64,000 nt of DNA, from NCBI GenBank assembly GCA_051294375.1, contig CM119265.1:29164540-29228539 (forward strand), read 5' to 3'. Positions 1 through 11,639 of this stretch are shown one piece after another. Under the pieces are notes generated by a model. The model was not told where the DNA came from. It saw only the letters and a program-made list of their open reading frames with translations, and searched no databases. The stretch's first letter is position 1. The number at the start of each line of letters is the position of its first letter. This DNA comes from Paraspadella gotoi (lineage: Eukaryota; Animalia; Chaetognatha). The translations under genes and the position numbers were made by a program.

Positions 1-101
1 TAATTCTTTCCTTTTTTAATATCTGTTTTTTCTTCCTTTTTTTTCCACCTTCGGCCAAGTCCGATTCCAAAAAAACTCAAGGCTGCCATTTTTTGATTGA
101 G

Positions 102-136
<35 letters not shown>

Positions 137-458
137 CTCTCTCTCCTCTCTGAGAGCATGTCCACTCTCTCTCTCTCTCTCTCGCTTTCTTTGCCTTGTT
201 TGCTTGGTGGACTGTTTGCTGAGTTTGAATGGGTGACTCGTTTGCAAAATGTTCTTCCGTGTGATGACGTAATTAATCAATTTAACAAAATGAAAAATTA
301 GTAAAATGAATAGCATTTAACGTAAGCACACAGGGATTTCGATATGAGAATCTCAAGTGGGAATTTTATTTGTAGAATAACAGCCAAGAAGACCAGGATG
401 TCAATGTAGTTGGACAGATATACCTCACAAAATCAACGCAAGCATATTTATCAACTCG

Positions 459-629
459 TCAGTGGATTAGAGAACGTGGGTAAAATCTACAGCGCCATTC
501 GCTTATTGGCCGATGGAGCCATTTGGCTTCTCGACCCATATCAGAGAGCTTGGATTCATTTTGGTGATTTGCTATCCGTCTTTGAATCCGGTTCCATTTC
601 CGATTCCCTTTGAGTTCTGTCTTTAATAC
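459..629 (-). CDS. Possible terminal coding exon of an unidentified gene (VLKTELKGNRKWNRIQRR...WLHRPISEWRCRFYPRSLIH*)
   Basis: Higher-complexity island with 57 codons ending in TGA. It follows an acceptor ...TTACTATACAG| (630-631), with a GTAAGT donor at 691-692 defining a 63-bp intron. No family recognised; reading frame uncertain. Confidence 0.25.
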   Translation of the reverse strand, partial: VLKTELKGNRKWNRIQRRIANHQNESKLSDMGREAKWLHRPISEWRCRFYPRSLIH

Positions 630-2160
630 CTGTATAGTAATGGAGGCATCAAACCGACATGCATATTTTAAATCACAAATAATGAAACTTACGTGTAAAT
701 TGTAAATCCATGATATGAGAGAGAGACGAGAGAGAGAGAAGAGAGGAGGAGAGAGAGAGAGAGAGAGAACAAGAAAGAGATTTGACTTTAGAACAATTTA
801 TTTTCGATTATTCCCACAATGAATCCGTTAGCTCTCATTTTGTTCCGCCATTTTTAAATTTATTTTATTTCTCGTTTTTTATTTCCTTTATTTAATCTCG
901 GACTTATTCTATTTATTTTTTCTTTTCTTTTTTCTTATCTTTTCTTTTTTCTTTCTTCTTTCTTTTTTCTTTTCTCTTTTTCTATATTTTCTTTTTTTCT
1001 TTATTTTCTTCCAAATTCCAATTTTTCAAAACTGAAAAAACAATTCATCGTCGTAATGGTCGTCGTTATGTGTCGTCGATCGTCGTTCCGTCGTTGTCTG
1101 TTCTTCGGGACGTCGTCGTTGTTGTTCTTCGTCGTCGTTTCGTCGTCGTCGTCGTTTGTTGGTCGTCGTTCATCGTCGTCGGTTGTGGCCTTATTGACCG
1201 AGTTTCTCAGCTAATCTAATCTCACAATCAACTGTTTGACCGATATCTAAGACGACGCGACGACAACGACCGACCGACTAGAAGACGGACAAAAGGACGA
1301 CGACAACAAAAAATTATCCAAGACTGAAACAAATTGGAAAAAAGAAAAATCCAACCGAGGCAGGAAGACGATGGTCAACTCTTCAGAGAATCGATTATTT
1401 ATAATTGATCATGAGAAATTAAGTCCAAACCGTACCAGCCTGTTAAAACTGTTACACTGTTACAGGAGGCCACTGAAAATTAGAACCTTGCCAGAAATTT
1501 AAATTTTTTGAAACCAGTTTAGTAGTAGTGTAAAAATGTTCTCACGGCAGGAATATCCTAATTTTTAGTTCAGCATTTTTTTAAAAAGTTTGCAGTATTC
1601 CCGTTTATTTTTTCATGCGGATTATTTGGGTAAAAAAATGCTTGGAGGTACAGGAGCTTAGCGTGCCAAGAGGTCCGATTTGGCGCTAATCGCTGAAGAT
1701 TAGACTTTCTTAATCTCTAGCATTTTGGGCTTGGAAGAGCATCCCACACACCTGACAAGAAATCCAGGACTTGACTGTTGAGAATTGAGAAATCCCTCAA
1801 TATTATTCTCTGAAAGAAGGAATAAGCTCTAACCGAATGTAGCAAACCAGAGATGTTATTTTAATTAAATTAAATTAATAGTTTATATTAAAACGAATGT
1901 ACTTTTTTTTTGAGTGATTGAATGGGTTCGATTTGAAGCAAAAAAGAAAAACACCTGATAAATATCACAAAAAATCTCAATTTAACAAATTTATTCTTTT
2001 GTTTACTTGTGACTTTCTCTCTTTTTCCTTTGCTTTTTTCTTTTCTTTATTCTATTTTTACCGGATCTGCTGTAAGAGATCCCCGCTCTATAATTCAATT
2101 TTCGGTCCGCGTCGCGACCGCTAAATATTGCCGTAAATCATTAGACCATCTTAGAATTGC

Positions 2161-2222
2161 TTTTGCATGACTGATGAAGGCTTGAATGAAAGCCGAAACT
2201 TGTCTGAACATAAAAATAAAAA
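2161..2222 (+). ncRNA. Minimal type I hammerhead ribozyme (Penelope-like element pseudo-LTR type)
   Basis: CTGATGA (2171-2177), then A, stem II GGCTT/AAGCC (2179-2183/2190-2194), GAAAC (2195-2199), TT, cleavage triplet GTC (2202-2204), then AATAAA. Stem I pairing is poor. Confidence 0.7.
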
Positions 2223-3306
2223 TCGGTTGATGTATCAAGACTTTGTCTTAAATTTCAAAAGATAAATTATGCAAACAAAAAAAAAAAGGTCGTGGTTTGT
2301 TTGTTGACTGTCGTCCGTCCGACCGTCCGTCCCCCTTACTAATTTACTCACGAGAGGAGGGGGCGATTGCACCTGATAATTTTGTTGGTGGGTTGTAAAC
2401 CAAAGTTATTAGAGCGGGAACATTAAGTTTCGAGGAATCAATCAATTGGAAATGAGTTTTTTAAGTGAAAAAAATTAACGCTTAACTATCTATAAATAGT
2501 TGGGACAATTATGCACATTGAAAAAAATATAAATTATAAATATTATAGTAAATTGTATTGAATTAAAAAAGAAATTTCAAAATAATCTTGACTTATCATC
2601 TGATTCGCTTCTTCAACTAAAATTCCGCTTGAAGTATCCGACATTTTTTGCTCTAATTTTTTTGTCCTAAATTTTCGACTTCGGATTTTTTTTTCATCTC
2701 GAAGAACTTTTTGTTACCTCATTTTTGAATTTTCTCTGCGAATCAAATTCGCACGTCTGTTTTTTCTCTCCCCTCTCTCTCTCTCTCTTCTCTCTTTCTC
2801 TCCTATCTCTCTTCTCTCTCCTCTCTCTCTCTATCTCTCTCCTCTCTCTCTTCTCTCTCTCTTCTAAACAACCCACATATCCTTGAATGTTCCAAAAATT
2901 TACGAGTTGTCTGTACAGCAATTCTAATGTATTTGAAAAAGAAGAGAGAGAGAGGAGAAGGAGAGGAGGAAGGAAGAGAGAGAGAGAGAGAAGACGAGAG
3001 AGAGAGAGAGAGAACGAGAGAGAGATGGAGAGAGACTGGAATGAGAGAGAGAGAGAAAGCCCCAATTTTGGAGAATTGATTATAGAAAAAGAGAGGAGAA
3101 AGATAAAAGGGAAGCGTGAAGATAAAAAAAATTAGGAAAGAGAAAATTCATGTTAAAGAAAAAAGAGAGAGAGAAGAGAGAGGGGAGAGATGTCGAGAGA
3201 GGAGAGACGAAGAGAGAGAGAGAGAGGAGAGAGAGAGAAGGAAAAGAGAGATGAGATGAGAAGAGAAAGATCGCATGGTGGGAGACGGGGGTGACATTTT
3301 GGAGAA

Positions 3307-3355
<49 letters not shown>

Positions 3356-3794
3356 TCAAACCAGAAGTTCTAAAAGAAACAATAAAAAAAATTATCTTTC
3401 AGTTGACACGAGTTGAATAATTGTAAAAATATATTTTATCAACTTTATATATCGGTCAATTTTGTCACGTTTGTCTTCATATCGTTTTGATTAGACATCC
3501 AGAAAACAATTTTTAATTTTTAAATTTTAATCTTTAACTTATTGTGTTACCATTCCCATTTTGAACCAATAACAATACTTGAACGTTAAAATGATTTCGT
3601 TTTAGCCTATTATATCCACTTTATCAATTACAACTTCGATATCATATGAAAGAAGTTTTTAATCATTTGTACATATATCATAGATATCTTTTATAAGTAT
3701 TTAAAATAAATAAATAAAAGATTGTAAAATGGCTTGTAAAAAAAAATAAATGATCAATCCAAAGAGACAATGTCTTTCCGCCTCATCTCCCTCT

Positions 3795-3994
3795 TCAACG
3801 CTTCCGGCCCTTCGCTTCCGGTCCTTCAGTCGCGTCCGGCCCTTTGCTTCCGGTTCCCCTAATGGGATGCTGACTTCTCCTCACCGAATGCCAACAAGTC
3901 ACGTGACCTACGCTAGAGATTTAAAATGCCGTTCGCGTTTCTGCTTGTAACCCCATGCGATTAAAATACAAAGGCGCCACCATTTCCCAGAACG

Positions 3995-3998
<4 letters not shown>
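3795..3998. promoter_or_regulatory. CpG-rich promoter-like island
   Basis: Three CTTCCGG (ETS-like) sites, palindromic GTCACGTGAC E-box (~3898-3907) and CATTTCCCAGAACGC (ZNF143/SBS-like core) clustered in ~200 bp of otherwise AT-rich DNA. Confidence 0.35.
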
Positions 3999-4054
<56 letters not shown>

Positions 4055-4834
4055 CCACATTCTTTCTCTCTATATGTAAATCTTTTTTCCATTTTTTTTC
4101 TTCTCTTTTTTTTGTTCTTACTATCTCTTTCACTTTCCTTTGTTTTCTTCCAACTTTTTTCTCCTCTCTACCTATCTTTTCTTATCATGTCTTTTTTCCT
4201 ATCTTTCCCCTTTCACTTTTCTTCTTATCTTTCCCCTTTCACTTTTTTACCTATCTTTCCTTTTTCACTTTTCTACCCATCTTTCCCCTTTCACTTTTCT
4301 TCTATCCTTTTCCTCTCTGTTCCTCCTTCTCTTCCTTCCCTTTCCTCCCTCTCTTCCTCCCATTTCCTCCCATTTTCTCTCTTACTTCCTCCCATTTCCT
4401 CTCTTCCTCCCATATCCTCCTTCTCTTCCTTTATTTCCTCCCTCTCTTCCTCCCATTTCCTACCTTTCTTCCTCCCATTTCCTCCCTCTCTTCCTCCCAT
4501 TTCCTCCCTCTCGTCCTCTCTGAATGGCGAATTTCTTATTGGGGCCGAAGCCAGTGGAGAAATCGACGGGAGGGCCTCATTAGCCAAAGGCAACGTTTCC
4601 TTTTTTCAAAAGTGATTTTCCTTTTTTTCCCCTTTCTTTTCTTTTCCTTTTCTGATTCCCTTTTCTCCCATTTTATTTTTATTTTCTTCTTTTTCTTTTT
4701 CTACTCTGAATCTGTTTTTAATAAAATTTTTTTATCAATTTTTATCATTAACACTTATTACGTCTTTTACTCTATACTATTAGTCAGTAATAATTTACTG
4801 TGTTTCACCTTCACTTTTTGATATTACAATAATT

Positions 4835-5007
4835 CTGGGAGTGAATAAACGTGAATGTGAGTGTGTCTTGATTGAATGCTAGCATGGACCTGCTATGTCA
4901 CTATCTTGTAAGAGTGATGGAGGCCTTAAACCACCAAAGCCTGTCCAAAGTCAAAGGCAAGATAGCTTATTTATTAAATGAATGGATAATTTTTATATTG
5001 GTTGTAA
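4835..5007 (+). repeat. Dispersed ~170 bp repeat, copy 1
   Basis: Reverse-complement match to 16969-17130 (GAGTGAATAAAC, TTGTAAGAGTGATGGAGGCCTTAAA, CCAAAGTCA, GCTTATTTATT, TTTTATATTGGTTGTA). Confidence 0.8.
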
Positions 5008-5130
5008 CGATTTCTTGTTTATACATGTCAAAAGAAGTAAACTTATTGCCTAGTCGATTATTACAACGCTATTAAACTATCTAATAATCTAAATCCCCCC
5101 AAAAAATAAGACATAAAAAACTTTTTTTTT

Positions 5131-5526
5131 CTACCGACACTTTAATCCCATCGTTCGCTTAGATTGTATTTCCATATCCTCTTCATACACATGTCTGGCT
5201 AAACCGCTTCTCTTAAACTCACACCATCCACCATCATTCAGTTTGTCGAGTCCGTTCAAAGTGGTCAGGCTCAGCCCCAAATGAGCCGTGCCCACGAGGC
5301 CGGTGATGTAGACGTCGTCCAATTTGAAGTAGCGGACGTTTGGCGTTGCTGTTGCTATGGCGACGACGGCGTCCATGGAGTAGAGGACCGCGAATCCGTA
5401 GCAGAAACGAGGCAGTAGTTTTGGAGGATATTCTATTTCGCTGAGGAACCATTTCGACTTGGGGTTGCGATGCGGTCTGCCAGTGTCGTGGAAACAGCCG
5501 ATGTATGGACGGGTCAAATCGGAATG
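5131..5526 (-). CDS. GT31 beta-1,3-galactosyltransferase-like paralogue A, last exon
   Basis: HSDLTRPYIGC...PHRNPKSKWFLS..EYP...PRFCYGFAVLYSMDA...YFKLDDVYITG are the C-terminal motifs of the Galactosyl_T family. Phase-0 acceptor TTAAG| at 5527-5528; stop TAG at 5131. Confidence 0.9.
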   Translation of the reverse strand, partial: HSDLTRPYIGCFHDTGRPHRNPKSKWFLSEIEYPPKLLPRFCYGFAVLYSMDAVVAIATATPNVRYFKLDDVYITGLVGTAHLGLSLTTLNGLDKLNDGGWCEFKRSGLARHVYEEDMEIQSKRTMGLKCR

Positions 5527-6060
5527 CTTAATGGTGGGTAGAAAAAAAATAGGGAAAGTTCATTCAGGATAATCTTGTTTATAAAAATCTTGTTTGGTTT
5601 TACATATACATAGTTAATTACTTTGATTTGATGATCAGAGGGTTAAAAAAGTTTTTTGATTCTCCCATCTCATAAAAAGAATTCAAACCTTTATATTAAT
5701 CCTTTTATGAGAAACCGAATTAAAATACTAATCTCGTCAAAAAAACTAACTAGCGAAAACACGGTTCACAAAAAGAGGATTAATAAAATATATATAATAT
5801 GAATAAATTATGAAAGTAATCAGTTTATTACAGTTATGTATAATATATTTTTCTTAGATATCGTCAGCTTTAAAAGAACCTTATTTTACAGAAAAATATT
5901 TTTAAATTTGTAGATAAATTATTCATAATTCATCTTAGAATTTTAAATAATAAAGTTGACATGAAGGAAATTTTATTTATGATTAAACCAGTTTAACTCT
6001 TTGGAGTGGATAATAGACATATTTATAAATAACATTTACAAATATTATTATTACTATTAC

Positions 6061-6210
6061 CTTAATAAACTCGTTTAGATTCTTTGCATTAATCAAAACA
6101 TCGTCATCAACTTTGAATAAAAATTCCGCGTTTGAGCAAAATTCTGAGATCCATTTTAACCCACCGATTGCTTTGTGGGTTAAATTATAGTAAGAGTCGA
6201 TGAAATCCTC
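6061..6210 (-). CDS. GT31 paralogue A, DxD-motif exon (not in ORF track)
   Basis: 150 nt, [50 protein letters not shown]. Acceptor TTTTCTTCAG| (6211-6212) and donor |GTAATA (6059-6060), both phase 0. Confidence 0.92.
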
Positions 6211-6612
6211 CTGAAGAAAATTAAAAAGTTTATATTTTAGTTAATTTTTAATTTGTTAATTAAAACCGAAGGTTTTTTTTTTTGTCAACACGATTAGCTG
6301 AAGGACTACTCAGTAATTTAGTCTTTAGTTTAAAAATGTTAAAACCTGTTCATTTACGTAATGTTTAAAATAATATGTATTTTTTCACAAAAATTATGTG
6401 TTTGGACAATGACAATCGCCGAGGCCCTCGATGTTAATTAAATAGGCTAAACGGAATTTTTGATACAAAACCGGACGTAGTCTAAAATGGACACGGGAAG
6501 TTTGAATATCAATATTCTATCCATATTTCACATTCTCTCGAAATTCTGTCCACATTTAATTCACATTTCACATTCAATCTACAATCTATCCAAAATATAT
6601 TCACAATCTCAC

Positions 6613-6934
6613 CTGTAAAATGTCTCCATTAACTTCACTTTCTCTCCTCAAATCTTCGTTTATCTTTCCCTCCAAACTTTTCCCGACCACAAAGAGTCTC
6701 GGGGCGTGGGCAAAGACCATGTTCGCCCACGCCACCCACGTGTTTCGAATGTCCCTTCGCTGCTTGAACGCTTCCGGTCTCGAGTGGATGAGAAAGACGA
6801 TAGGGACACGCCTACTTGAAGAGCAGAGACCCGGGTTGCTTAGCAACGTTCGAAATCGGTGCGGGTTGCAGTGGTCGCAGTTAAAATGTAGATTGATCGA
6901 GTTACTTTGATGAGGGGAATGAGTTGTGTACCAT
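6613..6934 (-). CDS. GT31 paralogue A, exon encoding the start of the catalytic domain
   Basis: CNPHRFRTLLSNPGLC...VFLIHSRP...RRDIRNTW...LFVVG...ESEVNGDILQ. Acceptor TTTTTGCCCAG| (6935-6936, phase 2) and donor CAG|GTGAGA (6611-6612, phase 0). Confidence 0.9.
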
Positions 6935-7060
6935 CTGGGCAAAAAGTATATCATATAATTGTTACATCTGACCACTATCCCTTACTCAATTCTTTGTTAA
7001 AAAACTTTCTCTCTCTCTTTCTCCAAAACTAATATTTGTAAAACCAAATGGTTATTGATT

Positions 7061-7120
7061 CACTTGCTGATGAAGATTCGCAAAAACATAAGAGTCGAAA
7101 CATGTCCGAATTATAATAAA
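7061..7120 (+). ncRNA. Minimal type I hammerhead ribozyme (Penelope-like), intronic and antisense to GT31 paralogue A
   Basis: CTGATGA (7067-7073), A, stem II GATTC/GAGTC (7075-7079/7092-7096), GAAAC (7097-7101), palindromic ACATGT stem III, GTC triplet (7104-7106), partial stem I TTG/CGA, then AATAAA. Confidence 0.78.
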
Positions 7121-8969
7121 ATTTATTTGTTATAATGATGAATATTTTGTTTTTTTTTAAATAAAACACATAATTTTTAAAAAAGTTTATTTTTTTCATA
7201 AAAAATATACAAAACATTTTTAATATTTAAAGTACAATATTTAAGATTAATTACTGTATTTACTATATTTATCTAAGCATATTTTTATACTACAAATTAA
7301 GATATAACAGAAATATTTTTTTATACCTTTAACACATTTTTAACCCCATTGCCAATATATTATGCTTAAAATAAAATAACTTATTACCAAAAATAATAAA
7401 CTTAATATGATTTTTTTACCATTTTTCAATTTTTTTGCTTATATAGACGAGAATCTCGATTTAAAAAAGATTCAACATTTTTCTTATAGAGCATTTCCGG
7501 TTCAAAGTCCTGACTACCCAAAATTGGCAAACGCGATTGCCAAAATCCGGGTAAGAAATAAGTTGTAAAACAACGGATTCCGATAGCGTTACATCTGAGA
7601 GCTTGTCCTATTCGTTTTTTCACATTTGTGATGGATTTGATATCAAACCAACCAGGGGGAATGTACTCCTCATAGTTAGAGAATTTCAACCTCATTTTTA
7701 CGGTATAAGAATGAAAGGGAAAGTTTACAAACTTAAAATTGCAAGACGGGATTGCTATATGTTCTGTTACATGAGGAGACTTCGAATTTTGCGATTCCGA
7801 TAACTTTTTGTCTGAATAGCTTGTCCTATTTTTCTTTTTCATTTTATAATTATTTTGACATAAATGATATCAGGTTTAAATGAAATAGTCCGGTTTGAAA
7901 TCGCGGAATTTTATTTAAAAAGAATTAAAAGGAAGGTTGAGAAAAAGAACTGATTTTTCTAATATCTTTTGAAGGAATAAAGATAAAGGGAGTGGCAATA
8001 GTACCAAAGAGCCATAATCATAGGGCACATACAAGATACAATTTTGGAATTACTTATACTGAAACCTCCTTACAGGGTAAGTGTCAACTAAGTCAAAATT
8101 AAATGAATTTTAAAACTAATGACACCCCATAAGAATAAATGAAACTAATTTCTTTTTAATGATTCTGAAAAGAAAAAGGCTAAATTGTACTCTAGTAAAA
8201 CTTTAAAGTTTTTTGGATAAAGAAAATGTGAATTTTTTTGTCACTTAAATATTTGCTTGTCTGATTTTACAAGCATGCTTACAAATTATACAAAATATTA
8301 TTTACACCATCACAGCCTAAATATTTATCCTTCTTATCCACCAGCAAAAGTAAACATTATCTTATTGAAGAGAACAGGGATTTTACTGAAAGGAGCCGGA
8401 AGCCATTCAACTTCTTCACTTTGATGTTATTTTTCAATAATAAAATAAGCAATTTTTTTAATTATTTAACTCTCACAGGCTTCATAAGATATTACACTTT
8501 CATAATATCCCAATGTTAATGTAATTTATTATATTTTTTACCCAGAAATCATAAAATAACAGAAAGTTATGGATTCCCTTCGCTCGTTTAAGAAAAAAAA
8601 ATTAACTAGCGGAATAATAAGTTTGTAGAGGAAGTCAGAATCGGCGAAAATCTAAAAGGCGAGAATGTGAAAAAGGGGAAGGAATTTTGGTTGTTTTTGT
8701 TCGATTTCTCTAAACCCATGGGCAATTTAGACGTAACTTAAGATTTACATTATTCCAGTCATTCTCTATCCAAAAATATAAAAATAAATATGAAAAAAGG
8801 TTTGGGATCGACTATAAGAATTTGGTTCTAGCTTATAACTTTTAATGATTTAACCTACGAAAAATGGAAGCTACTGAAAAAAAATTTAGTATAAATTTGG
8901 AAATATTTTTTATTATTAAAAATAAAACAATTTTTTTAATAAATATCCTCCACTAAAAACGTGATTTAC

Positions 8970-9131
8970 TTTTTTCCTAGATGGTAGGTGGCATCGTCTG
9001 TGACTAACATCTGTAGCAGTGAGACGTCGATAATCTGTTGCGGCAGACGTTCATCTGTTGCTGCAACAAATGTCTCTTTCGTCGTTGAAAGATCATTGAT
9101 TGTAGAAATATTTTGGGGTGAATGGATCAAG
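8970..9131 (-). CDS. Probable upstream (stem-region) exon of GT31 paralogue A
   Basis: Stop-free 162-nt phase 2-2 exon LIHSPQNISTINDLSTTKETFVAATDERLPQQIIDVSLLQMLVTDDATYHLGK. Acceptor TTTTTTTTTAAAG| (9132-9133), donor |GTAAAT (8968-8969); phase matches the 6934 acceptor. Confidence 0.45.
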
Positions 9132-10599
9132 CTTTAAAAAAAATAGGGGAAATATGATACTGACATTAATGGTTTTACAAAGATATCATATCTGACATGC
9201 CCTTTCTAATAATTCGGTTATTAACCCGATCAGTATCTTTGTTACTTTGACTTCTTTGAGAATTGAAGCGAAGTTTTAAGAAGTATTTTGGCCTTATATT
9301 TACAGAACGCCTGATTTTATCTTAAATTCTGAATGACTAGGTGAACATTTGAAACCCGCCGCTAAAAAAAATTACCAAACGAAAATAGAGAGAGATTTAA
9401 AAAAAAATTGATAGAGATACTTAAAGACAAGACATACTTTTTTATGTATATTATTAAGTACAAATTAGTAAGATTATGTTTGCTTAAAAGTGCCATGAAT
9501 TCCAGGAAACGAATTTCCCTTATTTTGATTGAAAATCTTGAATTTGCTCCTCATCTTTTTTTCGCTCTTTACGAACTCAAAATAAAATAAATTATCTAAA
9601 AATTTATCCGTGTCACTTCTTAATTTTTTTAATTTGTGGTGCGTTTAAATGAAAATTATTAAATAAAATTACTTAACGGTTAAGTTAGAACAATTTCTGG
9701 TTAAGTTAACCATAACTTGTTCTAACTTTTAATGTCATACGACAGGCACTGTTGCAAAAAAACATTCCTGCCGCAGCACCCGAAAGAATCTCAGTTACTC
9801 GTCATAAACGTATCTGAAAGATTAAGCTACTACTTTGAAACAATTGAACAGTGAAACTCACGGTTCAAATCAGCTGCATTTATAAAAGCGAAGTCGAATC
9901 AACACGAGTCTGGGAAAACTAAATTTCTACAAGCCTTAACAAGTATTTTCCGAGTTTAATATTGCACAAATAAAGATTTTAAACTCATAATTATTCGTTT
10001 TACTTCGTTAATCTCACGTTAAATATTTGAATGAGCGTGAAGAACAAATCACCTTCAAAAATTAAAAAAAATAAATTCCAAAGTAAATAAAACAACTATT
10101 AGGCCTTGAATAAATTTAAACTATTGTTTAAAACTATCCCCTTTTTCCAACTTTTTACTACTTACTTTTTATGAGTGATGAAAAATATGACGACGACGAC
10201 GACGAAGATAATGATAATTCGACGTTTGTTAAATATTTTCATGTTTCTGTTTTAGTAAGAAAAACAAGATCATCCAACGTGTGTCGCGCCGCACTGACTT
10301 TCTTATCACGTGTATTTCCGTGTTTGCATCGCATTGCACTGCATCGAAAAAAAAGTCTTTTATTCTTCATATTATTTAAAAACAAAAGGTGTCCCGCTCA
10401 CCAAAAATAACAAAATAGCAAAGATTATAAGAGGAATTACATTTTGGGTCATGTGATCGATTTGTAAGGTGATCACTTGACTTCAAATTTATGAATTATA
10501 TATGCATGTTAAAGGTCTTATGGTACCTTACTTTCATTCCAAATATGAACTTAATTGCTAAAGCATTAACCAAGTTATCATCATTTTTAACATAAGTGG

Positions 10600-10662
10600 G
10601 ACAGACCGACGGAAAGACAGACCGACGGAAAGACAGACCGACGGAAAGACAGACCGACCGAC
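10600..10662. repeat. 16-bp tandem repeat (AGACCGACGGAAAGAC) x~3.5
   Basis: Direct inspection. Confidence 0.85.
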
Positions 10663-11639
10663 CGAATCTACCATTATGATCCCTGAAAGCTTTGGTAAGA
10701 TTTGAAAAAAAGAAGAGTTTAAATTATTTTTTTCATATTAACTTTGACAATTTCGGCTTAAACGTGAAATACTTGGGTGGGGGAGGCTCAAAGGAAATGA
10801 ACCGTGAATGAGAAAAATAACTAATAATTTTTGCAGATGTCTCACCAAAAGTTTTTTGTGATTGACCTAATTATGATTCGAATCAAAAACGTAATTAAAT
10901 AAATTGTCTGTAATAAAATCTGGCGGGAAAAAAAGGGAAATAAGGAAAAAGAATAAAAAATACATAAGTAATAAGTTAATAAAGAATAGATAATTAAATA
11001 CATAGTTAAATTCGTTATTTTAAGTTATAAAAATAACAATGTAAAATTTGAATAAAAAGTAAAACGTTGAGGTTAAGATTTCTCTCGGGCGAAAATAATA
11101 TTAAATTAAAGGAAAAGAATATAAAATAAGTATTTTTTTATTATTATAGGTAATACATCAATTTTCATACTTCAGATATAAGTCTAAAACATATATATAA
11201 CTGCATACATACATCATTTTCAAAGGAAATTAGAATAGAAACGACTCTATACAGTTATTATATCTCTTATTTATATATTTCTCTTTTTAGTTTTATTTAC
11301 TTCAATTGTTTATTTTCTTTCATCGTTTTTGATATTATTTTTGAACCTTCACCAGCACACTATGAACCGAAATATGTCTGTTTAATAATAAAATAAATTT
11401 GTTGTTGCCACTAAATTCAAACTTTTTTCTTTAAATATCAATACACAACGAAAAAGAAAGGAAAATAACATAACTTTTTAAAGTTAAGATTAAACTAAAA
11501 GCTCTAGTAAAAAAGAATTGATTAAATTTAAAATTATAATATTATGATTATTGAGTTAGGAACTTCGCTTTATATCAAAGAAAACGAAACTTAAAATTAG
11601 ATTTACAAATAACCCCTTGTCAGCCAATATCCCCCATTA

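Noticed and set aside
3955-4821. 288-aa hydrophobic membrane-protein ORF
   Set aside because: Pyrimidine-rich low-complexity tandem repeats (CTATCTTTCCCCTTTCACTTT, CTTCCTCCCATTTC) are open in all three frames.
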